Below the pieces are notes generated by a model. It searched no databases. It saw only the letters and a list, made by a program, of their open reading frames with translations, and had not been told where the DNA came from. From assembly GCA_040954595.2 (NCBI GenBank), contig CM082582.2, positions 1,302,001-1,366,000 on the forward strand: a stretch of DNA of 64,000 nucleotides, written 5' to 3'. Both the position numbers and the translations under genes were made by a program. Shown here piece after piece: positions 1-15,714 of the stretch. This DNA comes from Balanoglossus misakiensis. Its lineage: Eukaryota; Animalia; Hemichordata. Every line of letters begins with the position of its first letter. The first letter of the stretch is position 1.

Positions 1-3000
1 GATGATTTTCACCCATGATTTTTTTCAAAAATCGACGAAATTTTGACATTTTGCAAAGTCGAAAATTTGTCATTTTTTGATGATTTTCACCCATGATTTT
101 CTTCAAAAATCGACGAAATTTTGAGATTTTGCAAAGTCGAAAATTTGTCATTTTTTGATGATTTTCCCCCATGATTTTTTTTCAAAAATGGACGAAATTT
201 TGAGATTTTGCAAAGTCGAAAATTTGTCATTTTTTGATGATTTTCAACCCTGATTTTTTTTCAAAAATCGACGAAATTTTGAGATTTTGCAAAATCGAAA
301 ATTTGTCATTTTTTGATGATTTTCCCCTAATGGTTTTTTTCAAAATCGACGAAATTTTGAGATTTTGCAAAGTCGAAAATTTGTCATTTTTTGATGATTT
401 TCACCCATGAGTTTTTTTCAAAAATCGACGAAATTTTGAGATTTTGCAAAGTCGAAAATGTGTCATTTTTTGATGATTTTCACCCATGATTTTTTTCAAA
501 AATCGACGAAATTTTGAGATTTTGCAAAGTCGAAAATTTGTCATTTTTTGAAGATTTTCACCCATGATTTTCTTCAAAAATCGACGAAATTTTGAGATTT
601 TGCAAAGTCGAAAATTTGTCATTTTTTGATGATTTTCACCCATGATTTTTTTCAAAAATCGACGAAATTTTGAGATTTTTCAAAGTCGAAAATTTGTCAT
701 TTTTTGATGATTTTCACCCATGATTTTTTTCAAAATTGACGAAATTTTGAGATTTTGCAAAGTCAAAAATTTGTCATTTTTTGGTGATTTTCACCCATGA
801 TTTTTTTTCACAAATCGACGTAATTTTGAGATTTTGTAGTCGTAAATTTGTCATTTTTTGATGATTTTCACCCATGTTTTTTTTTTAAAAATCGACGAAC
901 CTATGATTTTTTTCAAAATCGACGAAATTTTGTGATTTTGCAAAGTCGAAAATTTTGTCATTTTTTGATGATTTTCAACCATGATTTTTTTTCAAAAATC
1001 GACGAAATTTTGAGATGTTGCAAAGTCGAAAATGTGTCATTTTTTGATGATTTTCACCCGTTTTTTTTTCAAAATTTGTCATTTTTTCATGATTTTCACC
1101 CATGATTTTTTTCAAAAATCGACAAAATTTTGAGATTTAGCAAAGTCGAAAATTTGTCATTTTTTGATGATTTTCCCCCAATGGTTTTTTTCAAAATCGA
1201 CGAAATTTTGAGATTTTGCAAAGTCGAAAATTTGTCATTTTTTGATGATTTTCCCCCATGATTTTTTTTCAAAAATGGACGAAATTTTGAGATTTTGCAA
1301 AGACGAAAATTTGTCATTTTTTGATGATTTTCACCCATGATTTTTTTTCAAAAATCGACGAAATTTTGAGATTTTGCAAAATCGAAAATTTGTCATTTTT
1401 TGATGATTTTCCCCCAATGGTTTTTTTCAAAATCGACGAAATTTTGAGATTTTGCAAAGTCGAAAATTTGTCATTTTTTGATGATTTTCCCCCATGATTT
1501 TTTTTCAAAAATGGACGAAATTTTGAGATTTTGCAAAGACGAAAATTTGTCAATTTTTGATGATTTTCACCCATGATTTTTTTTCAAAAATCGACGAAAT
1601 TTTGAGATTTTGCAAAGTCGAAAATGTGTCATTTTTTGATGATTTTCACCCATGATTTTTTTCAAAAATCGACGAAATTTTGAGATTTTGCAAAGTCGAA
1701 AATTTGTCATTTTTTGATGATTTTCACCCATGATTTTCTTCAAAAATCGACGAAATTTTGAGATTTTGCAAAGTCGAAAATTTGTCATTTTTTGATGATT
1801 TTCACCCATGATTTTTTTCAAAAATCGACGAAATTTTGAGATTTTGCAAAGTCGAAAATTTGTCATTTTTTCATGATTTTCACCCATGATTTTTTCAAAA
1901 ATCGATGAAATTTTCAGATTTTGCAAAGTCGAAAATTTGTCATTTTTTGATGATTTTCACCCATGATTTTTTTCAAAATTGACGAAATTTTGAGATTGTG
2001 CAAAGTCAAAAATTTGTCATTTTTTGGTGATTTTCACCCATGATTTTTTTTCACAAATCGACGTAATTTTGAGATTTTGTAGTCGTAAATTTGTCATTTT
2101 TTGATGATTTTCACCCATGTTTTTTTTTTAAAAATCGACGAAATTTTGAGATTTTGCAAAGTCGAAAATTTGTCATTTTTTCATGATTTTCACCCATGAT
2201 TTTTTCAAAAATCGATGAAATTTTCAGATTTTGCAAAGTCGAAAATTTGTCATTTTTTGATGATTTTCACCCATGATTTTTTTCAAAATTGACGAAATTT
2301 TGAGATTGTGCAAAGTCAAAAATTTGTCATTTTTTGGTGATTTTCACCCATGATTTTTTTTCACAAATCGACGTAATTTTGAGATTTTGTAGTCGTAAAT
2401 TTGTCATTTTTTGATGATTTTCACCCATGTTTTTTTTTTAAAAATCGACGAACCTATGATTTTTTTCAAAATCGACGAAATTTTGTGATTTTGCAAAGTC
2501 GAAAATTTTGTCATTTTTTGATGATTTTCAACCATGATTTTTTTTCAAAAATCGACGAAATTTTGAGATGTTGCAAAGTCGAAAATGTGTCATTTTTTGA
2601 TGATTTTCACCCGTTTTTTTTTCAAAATTTGTCATTTTTTCATGATTTTCACCCATGATTTTTTTCAAAAATCGACAAAATTTTGAGATTTAGCAAAGTC
2701 GAAAATTTGTCATTTTTTGATGATTTTCCCCCAATGGTTTTTTTCAAAATCGACGAAATTTTGAGATTTTGCAAAGTCGAAAATTTGTCATTTTTTGATG
2801 ATTTTCCCCCATGATTTTTTTTCAAAAATGGACGAAATTTTGAGATTTTGCAAAGACGAAAATTTGTCATTTTTTGATGATTTTCACCCATGATTTTTTT
2901 TCAAAAATCGACGAAATTTTGAGATTTTGCAAAATCGAAAATTTGTCATTTTTTGATGATTTTCCCCCAATGGTTTTTTTCAAAATCGACGAAATTTTGA

Positions 3001-6000
3001 GATTTTGCAAAGTCGAAAATTTGTCATTTTTTGATGATTTTCCCCCATGATTTTTTTTCAAAAATGGACGAAATTTTGAGATTTTGCAAAGACGAAAATT
3101 TGTCAATTTTTGATGATTTTCACCCATGATTTTTTTTCAAAAATCGACGAAATTTTGAGATTTTGCAAAGTCGAAAATGTGTCATTTTTTGATGATTTTC
3201 ACCCATGATTTTTTTCAAAAATCGACGAAATTTTGAGATTTTGCAAAGTCGAAAATTTGTCATTTTTTGATGATTTTCACCCATGATTTTCTTCAAAAAT
3301 CGACGAAATTTTGAGATTTTGCAAAGTCGAAAATTTGTCATTTTTTCATGATTTTCACCCATGATTTTTTCAAAAATCGATGAAATTTTCAGATTTTGCA
3401 AAGTCGAAAATTTGTCATTTTTTGATGATTTTCACCCATGATTTTTTTCAAAATTGACGAAATTTTGAGATTGTGCAAAGTCAAAAATTTGTCATTTTTT
3501 GGTGATTTTCACCCATGATTTTTTTTCACAAATCGACGTAATTTTGAGATTTTGTAGTCGTAAATTTGTCATTTTTTGATGATTTTCACCCATGTTTTTT
3601 TTTTTAAAAATCGACGAACCTATGATTTTTTTCAAAATCGACGAAATTTTGTGATTTTGCAAAGTCGAAAATTTTGTCATTTTTTGATGATTTTCAACCA
3701 TGATTTTTTTTCAAAAATCGACGAAATTTTGAGATTTTGCAAAATCGAAAATTTGTCATTTTTTGATGATTTTCCCCCAATGGTTTTTTTCAAAATCGAC
3801 GAAATTTTGAGATTTTGCAAAGTCGAAAATTTGTCATTTTTTGATGATTTTCCCCCATGATTTTTTTTCAAAAATGGACGAAATTTTGAGATTTTGCAAA
3901 GTCGAAAATTTGTCATTTTTTGATGATTTTCACCCATGATTTTCTTCAAAAATCGACGAAATTTTGAGATTTTGCAAAGTCGAAAATTTGTCATTTTTTG
4001 ATGATTTTCACCCATGATTTTTTTCAAAAATCGACGAAATTTTGAGATTTTGCAAAGTCGAAAATTTGTCATTTTTTCATGATTTTCACCCATGATTTTT
4101 TCAAAAATCGATGAAATTTTCAGATTTTGCAAAGTCGAAAATTTGTCATTTTTTGATGATTTTCACCCATGATTTTTTTCAAAATTGACGAAATTTTGAG
4201 ATTGTGCAAAGTCAAAAATTTGTCATTTTTTGGTGATTTTCACCCATGATTTTTTTTCACAAATCGACGTAATTTTGAGATTTTGTAGTCGTAAATTTGT
4301 CATTTTTGATGATTTTCCCCCATGATTTTTTTCAAAAATCAACGAAATTTTGAGATTTTGCAAAGTCGAAAATTTGTCATTTTTAGATGATTTTCACCCG
4401 TCTTTTTTCAAAAAATCGACGAAATTTTGAGATTTTGCAAAGAGGAAAATTTGTCAATTTTTGATAATTTTCAACAATGATTTATTTCAAAATTGATGAA
4501 ATTTTGAGTTTTTGCAGTCGAAAATTTGTCATTTTTTGATGATTTTCACCCATGATTTTTTCAAAATTGACGAAATTTTGAAATTTTGCAGTCGAAAATT
4601 TGTCATTTTTTGATCATTTTCCCCCATGATTTTTTTCAAAAATCGACGAAAATTTGAGATTTTGCAAAGTCGAAAATTTGTCATTTTTTGATGATTTTCA
4701 CCCATGATTTTTCTCAAAAATGGACGAAATTTTGAGATTTTGCAAAGTCGAAAATTTGTTATTTTTTGATGATTTTCACCCATGTCTTTTTTTAAAAATC
4801 GACGAAATTTTGAGATTTTGCAAAGAGGAAAATTTGTCATTTTTTCATGATTTTCCCCCATGATTTTTTTTCAAAAATCGACGAAATTTTGAGATTTTGC
4901 AAAGTCGACGAAAATGTGTCATTTTTTGATGATTTTCACCCGTTTTTTTTTCAAAATTTGTCATTTTTTGATGATTTTCACCCATGTTTTTTTTTTAAAA
5001 ATCGACGAACCTATGATTTTTTTCAAAATCGACGAAATTTTGTGATTTTACAAAGTCGAAAATTTTGTCATTTTTTGATGATTTTCAACCATGATTTTTT
5101 TTCAAAAATCGACGAAAATTTGAGATTTTGCATAGACGAAAATTTGTCATTTTTTGATGATTTTCACCCATGATTTTGATGATTTTCACCCATGATTTTT
5201 TTTCAAAAATGGACGAAATTTTGAGATTTTGCAAAGACGAAAATTTGTCATTTTTTGATGATTTTCACCCATGATTTTTTTCAAAAATCGACGAAATTTT
5301 GAGATTTTGCAAAGTCGAAAATTTGTCATTTTTTGATGATTTTCCCCCGTTTTTTTTTTTAAATGGACGAAATTTTGAGATTTTGCAAAGACGAAAATTT
5401 GTCATTTTTTGATGATTTTCACCCATGATTTTTTCAAAAATTGACGAAATTGTGAGATTTTGCAAAGACGAAAATTTGTCATTTTTTGATGATTTTTACC
5501 CATGATTTTTTTTCAAAAATGGACGAAATTTTGAGATTTTGCAAAGTCGAAAATTTGTTATTTTTTGATGATTTTCCCCCATGATTTTTTTCAAAAATCG
5601 ACGAAATTTTGAGATTTTGCAAAGTCGACGAAAATGTGTCATTTTTGGATGATTTTCCCCCATGATTTATTTTCGAAAATAGACGAAATTTTGAGATTTT
5701 GCAAAGACGAAAATTTGTCATTTTTTGATGATTTTCACCCATGATTTTTTTTCAAAAATCGACCAAATTTTGAGATTTTGCAAAGTCGAAAATGTGTCAT
5801 TTTTTGATGATTTTCACCCATGATTTTTTTCAAAAATCGACGAAATTTTGAGATTTTGCAAAGTCGAAAATTTGTCATTTTTTGATGATTTTCACTCATG
5901 ATTTTCTTCAAAAATCGACGAAATTTTGAGATTTTGCAAAGTCGAAAATTTGTCATTTTTTGATGATTTTCACCCATGATTTTTTTCAAAAATCGACGAA

Positions 6001-9000
6001 ATTTTGAGATTTTGCAAAGTCGAAAATTTGTCATTTTTTCAAGATTTTCACCCATGATTTTTTCAAAAATCGATGAAATTTTCAGATTTTGCAAAGTCGA
6101 AAATTTGTCATTTTTTGATGATTTTCACCCATGATTTTTTTCAAAATTGACGAAATTTTGAGATTGTGCAAAGTCAAAAATTTGTCATTTTTTGGTGATT
6201 TTCACCCATGATTTTTTTTCACAAATCGACGTAATTTTGAGATTTTGTAGTCGTAAATTTGTCATTTTTGATGATTTTCCCCCATGATTTTTTTCAAAAA
6301 TCAACGAAATTTTGAGATTTTGCAAAGTCGAAAATTTGTCATTTTTAGATGATTTTCACCCGTCTTTTTTCAAAAAATCGACGAAATTTTGAGATTTTGC
6401 AAAGAGGAAAATTTGTCAATTTTTGATAATTTTCAACAATGATTTATTTCAAAAATCGACGAAATTTTGAGATTTTGCAGTCGAAAATTTGTCATTTTTT
6501 GATGATTTTCCCCCATGATTTTTTTCAAAAATCGACGACATTTTGAGATTTTGCAAAGTTGAAAATTTTTCAAAAATCGACGAAATTTATAGATTTTGCA
6601 AAGAGGAAAATTTGTCATTTTTTGATGATTTTCACCCATGATTTTTTTCAAAATTGATGAAATTTTGAGTTTTTGCAGTCGAAAATTTGTCATTTTTTGA
6701 TGATTTTCACCCATGATTTTTTCAAAATTGACGAAATTTTGAAATTTTGCAGTCGAAAATTTGTCATTTTTTGATCATTTTCCCCAATGATTTTTTTCAA
6801 AAATCGACGAAAATTTGAGATTTTGCAAAGTCGAAAATTTGTCATTTTTTGATGATTTTCACCCATGATTTTTCTCAAAAATGGACGAAATTTTGAGATT
6901 TTGCAAAGTCGAAAATTTGTTATTTTTTGATGATTTTCACCCATGTCTTTTTTTAAAAATCGACGAAATTTTGAGATTTTGCAAAGAGGAAAATTTGTCA
7001 TTTTTTCATGATTTTCCCCCATGATTTTTTTCAAAAATCGACGAAATTTTGAGATTTTGCAAAGTCGACGAAAATGTGTCATTTTTTGATGATTTTCACC
7101 CGTTTTTTTTTCAAAATTTGTCATTTTTTGATGATTTTCACCCATGTTTTTTTTTAAAAAATCGACGAACCTATGATTTTCTTCAAAATCGACGAAATTT
7201 TGTGATTTTACAAAGTCGAAAATTTTGTCATTTTTTGATGATTTTCAACCATGATTTTTTTTCAAAAATCGACGAAAATTTGAGATTTTGCAAAGACGAA
7301 AATTTGTCATTTTTGATGATTTTTACCCATGATTTTTTTTCAAAAATGGACGAAATTTTGAGATTTTGCAAAGACGAAAATTTGTCATTTTTTGATGATT
7401 TTCACCCATGATTTTTTTCAAAAATCGACGAAATTTTGAGATTTTGCAAAGTCGAAAATTTGTCATTTTTTGATGATTTTCCCCCGTTTTTTTTTTAAAA
7501 TGGACGAAATTTTGAGATTTTGCAAAGACGAAAATTTGTCATTTTTTGATGATTTTCACCCATGATTTTTTCAAAAATTGACGAAATTTTGAGATTTTGC
7601 AAAGTCGAAAATTTGTCATTTTTTGATGATTTTCACACATGATTTTTTTCAAAAATCGACGAAATTGTGAGATTTTGCAAAGACGAAAATTTGTCATTTT
7701 TTGATGATTTTTACCCATGATTTTTTTTCAAAAATGGACGAAATTTTGAGATTTTGCAAAGTCGAAAATTTGTTATTTTTTGATGATTTTCCCCCATGAT
7801 TTTTTTCAAAAATCGACGAAATTTTGAGATTTTGCAAAGTCGACGAAAATGTGTCATTTTTTGATGATTTTCACCCGTTTTTTTTTTCAAAATTTGTCAT
7901 TTTTTGATGATTTTCACCCATGATTTTTTCAAAAATTGACGAAATTTTGAGATTTTGCAAAGTCGAAAATTTGTCATTTTTTGATGATTTTCACCCATGA
8001 TTTTTTTCAAAAATCGACGAAATTTTGAGATTTTGCAAAGTCGAAAATTTGTCATTTTTTGATGATTTTCCCCCGTTTTTTTTTTAAAATGGACGAAATG
8101 TTGAGATTTTGCAAAGACGAAAATTTGTCATTTTTTGATGATTTTCACCCATGATTTTTTCAAAAATTGACGAAATTTTGAGATTTTGCAAAGTCGAAAA
8201 TTTGTCATTTTTTGATGATTTTCACACATGATTTTTTTCAAAAATCGACGAAATTGTGAGATTTTGCAAAGACGAAAATTTGTCATTTTTTGATGATTTT
8301 CACCCATGTCTTTTTTTAAAAATCGACGAAATTTTGAGATTTTGCAAAGAGGAAAATTTGTCATTTTTTCATGATTTTCCCCCAAGATTTTTTTCAAAAA
8401 TCGACGAAATTTTGAGATTTTGCAAAGTCGACGAAAATGTGTCATTTTTTGATGATTTTCACCCGTTTTTTTTTCAAAATTTGTCATTTTTTGATGATTT
8501 TCACCCATGTTTTTTTTTTAAAAATCGACGAACCTATGATTTTTTTCAAAATCGACGAAATTTTGTGATTTTACAAAGTCGAAAATTTTGTCATTTTTTG
8601 ATGATTTTTACCCATGATTTTTTTTCAAAAATGGACGAAATTTTGAGATTTTGCAAAGTCGAAAATTTGTTATTTTTTGATGATTTTCACCCATGTCTTT
8701 TTTTAAAAATCGACGAAATTTTGAGATTTTGCAGAGGAAAATTTGTCATTTTTTCATGATTTTCCCCCATGATTTTTTTCAAAAATCGACGAAATTTTGA
8801 GATTTTGCAAAGTCGACGAAAATGTGTCATTTTTTGATGATTTTCACCCGTTTTTTTTTCAAAATTTGTCATTTTTTGAGATTTTTTCATGATTTTCCCC
8901 CATGATTTTTTTCAAAAATCGACGAAATTTTGAGATTTTGCAAAGTCGAAAATTTGTCATTTTTTGATGATTTTCACCCATGATTTTTTTCAAAAATCGA

Positions 9001-12000
9001 CGAAATTTTGAGATTTTGCAAAGTCGACGAAAATGTGTCATTTTTTGATGATTTTCACCCATGATTTTTTTCAAAAATCGACGAAATTTTGAGATTTTGC
9101 AAAGTCGACGAAAATGTGTCATTTTTGATGATTTTCACCCGTTTTTTTTTCAAAATTTGTCATTTTTTGATGATTTTCACCCATGATTTTTTCAAAAATT
9201 GACGAAATTTTGAGATTTTGCAAAGTCGAAAATTTGTCATTTTTTGATGATTTTCACCCATGATTTTTTAAAAAATTGACGAAATTTTGAGATTTTGCAA
9301 AGTCGAAAATTTGCCATTTTTTGATGATTTTCACACATGATTTTTTCAAAATTGACGAAATTTTGAAATTTTGCAGTCGAAAATTTGTCATTTTTTGATG
9401 ATTTTCACCCATATTATTTTTCAAAAACCGACGAAATTTTGAGATTTTGCAAAGACGAAAATTTGTCATTTTTTGATGATTTTCACCCACGATTTTTTCA
9501 AAAATTGACGAAATTATGAGATTTTGCAAAGTCGAAAATTTGTCATTTTTTGATGATTTTCACCCATGATTTTCTTCAAAAATCGACGAAATTTTGAGAT
9601 TTTGCAAAGTCGAAAATTTGTCATTTTTTGATGATTTTCCCCCGTTTTTTTTTTAAAATGGACGAAATTTTGAGATTTTGCAAAGACGAAAATTTGTCAT
9701 TTTTTGATGATTTTCACCCATGATTTTTTCAAAAATTGACGAAATTTTGAGATTTTGCAAAGTCGAAAATTTGTCATTTTTTCATGATTTTCACCCATGA
9801 TTTTTTCAAAAATCGATGAAATTTTCAGATTTTGCAAAGTCGAAAATTTGTCATTTTTTGATGATTTTCACCCATGATTTTTTTCAAAATTGACGAAATT
9901 TTGAGATTGTGCAAAGTCAAAAATTTGTCATTTTTTGGTGATTTTCACCCATGTTTTTTTTTAAAAAATCGACGAACCTATGATTTGTTTCAAAATCGAC
10001 GAAATTTTGTGATTTTGCAAAGTCGAAAATTTGTCATTTTTTGATGATTTTCACCCATGATTTTTTTCAAAAATCGACGAAATTTTGAGATTTTGCAAAG
10101 TCGACGAAAATGTGTCATTTTTTGATGATTTTCACCCGTTTTTTTTTCAAAATTTGTCATTTTTTGAGATTTTTTCATGATTTTCCCCCATGATTTTTTT
10201 CAAAAATCGACGAAATTTTGAGATTTTGCAAAGTCGAAAATTTGTCATTTTTTGATGATTTTCACCCATGATTTTTTTCAAAAATCGACGAAATTTTGAG
10301 ATTTCGCAAAGTCGACGAAAATGTGTCATTTTTTGATGATTTTCACCCATGATTTTTTTCAAAAATCGACGAAATTTTGAGATTTTGCAAAGTCGACGAA
10401 AATGTGTCATTTTTTGATGATTTTTACCCATGATTTTTTTTCAAAAATGGACGAAATTTTGAGATTTTGCAAAGTCGAAAATTTGTTATTTTTTGATGAT
10501 TTTCACCCATGTCTTTTTTTAAAAATCGACGAAATTTTGAGATTTTGCAGAGGAAAATTTGTCATTTTTTCATGATTTTCCCCCATGATTTTTTTCAAAA
10601 ATCGACGAAATTTTGAGATTTTGCAAAGTCGACGAAAATGTGTTATTTTTTGATGATTTTCACCTGTTTTTTTTTCAAAATTTGTCATTTTTTGATGATT
10701 TTCACCCATGATTTTTTAAAAAATTGACGAAATTTTGAGATTTTGCAAAGTCGAAAATTTGTCATTTTTTGATGATTTTCACACATGATTTTTTTCAAAA
10801 ATCTACGAAATTTTGAGATTTTGCAGTCAAAAATTTGTCATTTTTTGATGATTTTCACCCATGATTTTTTCAAAATTGACGAAATTTTGAAATTTTGCAG
10901 TCGAAAATTTGTCATTTTTTGATGATTTTCACCCATATTATTTTTCAAAAACCGACGAAATTTTGAGATTTTGCAAAGACGAAAATTTGTCATTTTTTGA
11001 TGATTTTCACCCACGATTTTTTCAAAAATTGACGAAATTATGAGATTTTGCAAAGTCGAAAATTTGTCATTTTTTGATGATTTTCACCCATGATTTTCTT
11101 CAAAAATCGACGAAATTTTGAGATTTTGCAAAGTCGAAAATTTGTCATTTTTTGATGATTTTCCCCCGTTTTTTTTTTAAAATGGACGAAATTTTGAGAT
11201 TTTGCAAAGACGAAAATTTGTCATTTTTTGATGATTTTCACCCATGATTTTTTAAAAAATTGACGAAATTTTGAGATTTTGCAAAGTCGAAAATTTGTCA
11301 TTTTTTGATGATTTTCACACATGATTTTTTTCAAAAATCTACGAAATTGTGAGATTTTGCAAAGACGAAAATTTGTCATTTTTTGATGATTTTTACCCAT
11401 GATTTTTTTTCAAAAATGGACGAAATTTTGAGATTTTGCAAAGTCGAAAATTTGTTATTTTTTGATGATTTTCACCCATGTCTTTTTTTAAAAATCGACG
11501 AAATTTTGAGATTTTGCAGAGGAAAATTTGTCATTTTTTCATGATTTTCCCCCATGATTTTTTTCAAAAATCGACGAAATTTTGAGATTTTGCAAAGTCG
11601 ACGAAAATGTGTCATTTTTTGATGATTTTCACCTGTTTTTTTTTCAAAATTTGTCATTTTTTGATGATTTTCACACATGTTTTTTTTTAAAAAATCGACG
11701 AACCTATGATTTGTTTCAAAATCGACGAAATTTTGTGATTTTGCAAAGTCGTAAATGTGTCATTTTTTGATGATTTTCACCAGTTTTTTTTTTCAAAATT
11801 TGTCATTTTTTCATGATTTTCCCCCATGATTTTTTTCAAAAATCGACGAAATTTTGAGATTTTGCAAAGTCGAAAATTTGTCATTTTTTGATGATTTTCA
11901 CCCATGATTTTTTTCAAAAATCGACGAAATTTTGAGATTTTGCAAAGTCGACGAAAATGTGTCATTTTTTGATGATTTTCACCCGTTTTTTTTTCAAAAT

Positions 12001-14190
12001 TTGTCATTTTTTGATGATTTTCACCCATGATTTTTTCAAAAATTGACGAAATTTTGAGATTTTGCAAAGTCGAAAATTTGTCATTTTTTGATGATTTTCA
12101 CCCATGATTTTTTTCAAAAATCGACGAAATTTTGAGATTTTGCAAAGTCGAAAATTTGTCATTTTTTGATGATTTTCCCCCGTTTTTTTTTTAAAATGGA
12201 CGAAATGTTGAGATTTTGCAAAGACGAAAATTTGTCATTTTTTGATGATTTTCACCCATGATTTTTTCAAAAATTGACGAAATTTTGAGATTTTGCAAAG
12301 TCGAAAATTTGTCATTTTTTGATGATTTTCACACATGATTTTTTTCAAAAATCGACGAAATTGTGAGATTTTGCAAAGACGAAAATTTGTCATTTTTTGA
12401 TGATTTTCACCCATGTCTTTTTTTAAAAATCGACGAAATTTTGAGATTTTGCAAAGAGGAAAATTTGTCATTTTTTCATGATTTTCCCCCATGATTTTTT
12501 TGAAAAATCGACGAAATTTTGAGATTTTGCAAAGTCGACGAAAATGTGTCATTTTTTGATGATTTTCACCCGTTTTTTTTTCAAAATTTGTCATTTTTTG
12601 ATGATTTTCACCCATGTTTTTTTTTAAAAAATCGACGAACCTATGATTTTTTTAAAAATCGACGAAATTTTGAGATTTTGCAAAGAGGAGAATTTGTCAT
12701 TTTTTCATGATTTTCCCCCATGATTTTTTTCAAAAATCGACGAAATTTTGAGATTTTGCAAAGTCGAAAATTTGTCATTTTTTGATGATTTTCACCCATG
12801 ATTTTTTCAAAAATTGACGAAATGTTGAGATTTTGCAAAGTCGAAAATTTGTCATTTTTTGATGATTTTCACCCATGATTTTTTTCAAAAATGGACGAAA
12901 TTTTGAGATTTTGCAAAGACGAAAATTTGTCATTTTTTGATGATTTTCTCCCATGATTTTTTTTCAAAAATCGACGAAATTTTGAGATTTTGCAAAGAGG
13001 AAAATTTGTCATTTTTTCATGATTTTCCCCCATGATTTTTTTCAAAAATCGACGAAATTTTGAGATTTTGCAAAGTCGAAAATTTTGTCATTTTTTGATG
13101 ATTTTCAACCATGATTTTTTTTCAAAAATCGACGAAAATTTGAGATTTTGCAAAGTCGAAAATGTGTCATTTTTTGATGATTTTCACCCGTTTTTTTTTC
13201 AAAATTTGTCATTTTTTGATGATTTTTACCCATGATTTTTTTTCAAAAATGGACGAAATTTTGAGATTTTGCAAAGTCGAAAATTTGTCATTTTTTTCAT
13301 GATTTTCCCCCATGATTTTTTTCAAAAATCGACGAAATTTTGAGATTTTGCAAAGTCGAAAATTTGTCATTTTTTGATGATTTTCACCCATGATTTTTTT
13401 TCAGAAATGGACGAAATTTTGAGATTTTGCAAAGACGAAAATGTGTCATTTTTTGATGATTTTCACCCGTTTTTTTTTCAAAATTTGTCATTTTTTGATG
13501 ATTTTTACCCATGATTTTTTTTCAAAAATGGACGAAATTTTGAGATTTTGCAAAGTCGAAAATTTGTTATTTTTTGATGATTTTCACCCATGTCTTTTTT
13601 TAAAAATCGACGAAATTTTGAGATTTTGCAAAGAGGAAAATTTGTCATTTTTTTCATGATTTTCCCCCATGATTTTTTTCAAAAATCGACGAAATTTTGA
13701 GATTTTGCAAAGTCGAAAATTTGTCATTTTTTGATGATTTTCACCCATGTCTTTTTTCAAAAATCGAAAAAATTTTGAGATTTTGCAAAGTCGAAAATTT
13801 GTCATTTTTTGATGATTTTCACCCATGATTTTCTTCAAAAATCGACGAAATTTTGAGATTTTGCAAAGTCGAAAATTTGTCATTTTTTGATGATTTTCAC
13901 CTATGATTTTTTTCAAAAATCAACAAAATTTTGAGATTTTGCAAAGTCGAAAATTTGTCATTTTTTTGATGATTTTCACCCATGATTTTTTTCAAAAATC
14001 GACGAAATTTTGAGATTTTGCAAAGTCGAAAATTTGTCATTTTTTGATGATTTTCACCCATGATTTTTTTCAAAATTGACGAAATTTTGAGATTTTGCAA
14101 AGTCGAAAATTTCTCATTTTTTGATGCATTTTCACCCATGATTTTTTTTCAAAAATCGACGAAATTTTGAGATTTTGCAAAGTCGAAAAC
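1..14190. repeat. ~78-bp tandem satellite array (consensus gatgattttcacccatgatttttttcaaaaatcgacgaaattttgagattttgcaaagtcgaaaatttgtcatttttt), runs off the left edge
   Basis: Uninterrupted head-to-tail monomers with variant and truncated units; ends abruptly at ...gtcgaaaac (~14190). Repetitive MGENHQKMTNFRLCK ORFs are its translation. Confidence 0.98.
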
Positions 14191-15714
14191 AAGCATCGTC
14201 CGATTCGAATTCGACTCGTCATCGGTAGCTTTGTTTATTTCGCCCTTGGAGACCTCCCCTGGCCTCGTTAGGATGACTGTTACCAGGACTACCTTAAACC
14301 AATCTTTTCGAACCGGACGGTACACACGTCATGTCTTTGTTAATTGTCCAGGTACCAGAGTGTACGTGTGGGCTCCCTAAACCACTCATTGGCGGCCGGT
14401 CCCTGTCCGAATAAACACGTTTGACAGACAAAAAATGATGAACAAGTGGCTTATTTCAATACTTCGTTAACTAGACGGCTGAACTCTGAATGTTGATTCA
14501 GCAAAAAAAATGTGTTTACGGCAAGGTTTCGATCAATACGACACATTTACCATTGAAAACGCCCAAAGTAAGTGGGGGCGTTTGACCATCAATCAAAACC
14601 AAGCCCAGGTGCATGTGAACGGCCGAAGCAGTGTAACGTTTCACATTCCGTGCAACGTCCGACACTGTGTGAAAGCGGTTGCTGTCGGGTGGCTTGACCT
14701 AATTTTCGTACATTGATATGCATTTGACACCTCACTACCTGTTTTCTCAATATTGCTAAAACTTTGCGTTGAAATATCACTGAAATGTTGATGATCCACG
14801 CACAAGTCGTCTACCCCGGCATGAAAAGCGTCTTATACAAGAAAACTAATTGCACATGACCACCAAGGTCATACCGCAAGGTGTGTCTAAATGTCAAGGA
14901 AGGACACTTGGGTCAAGAACGACCATGACGGAGGAAAAACCGACAAGTCATTGTGTAACCTGTTTACTTGCCAATAGTCAAACGTCAAAATTTACTCTCA
15001 ACTTGGTTGCAGATCGAGTCTCCCGAATTTCCAACTTTTATGATTGGGTAAATACCGATATGCGACTGGTATGCGACGCGTTGACGACGCGAAGATTTTG
15101 TTGAAATCAAATGGTTTGTCAAATGTCATCTCACACTGGAGATACCGTGGTCATCTGACATGAAAGGGTTCGATTGGGTCTGACCGCCGTCGTTCATCCA
15201 TGCTTAGAAAGCGGCGATCATGGTACAAAGTAAAACCAAGGTCAAACCTTACTGAACACATGTATTGCATGGAGAAACTTTTCTCCCTGTCTGTGTACTG
15301 AACACGTACCGTGATTGCCATAGTTACAAACGTTACCACGTGAGAGAGATTGCATTTTACATCTGTCTTTTCAATTTTGTTGCTTTCTTACTATTCGGAA
15401 TGATGGAGTCGAAACGAAAACTTTTTGCTTCAGGTGGACCTAGGGGAAATACCTTATTTGTGACTTTTTTCATGACCCTAAAAAGACGTCGGAATTAATG
15501 TGGCTGAGGTCACTCAGGACGACGGAATGGTTGAGCGATTTTATTTTATGAGCTCCCACTAGTATTTGTTTTATTGTTTCGGCAGTGTGTCGCGTTATTC
15601 GAGCAATCTGCAGTCTGAAAACGAACGGTTTTCAAAGTTTATAACAGAAGAACAGGGGTTTAAGCATGAAAGGTCCTGTTGTCTCCCTCGCTGTGTTTGT
15701 GTCACTGTGTCTTT

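Noticed and set aside
401-14139. Dozens of K/F-rich ORFs
   Set aside because: Translations of the 78-bp satellite, constantly frameshifted by homopolymer length changes
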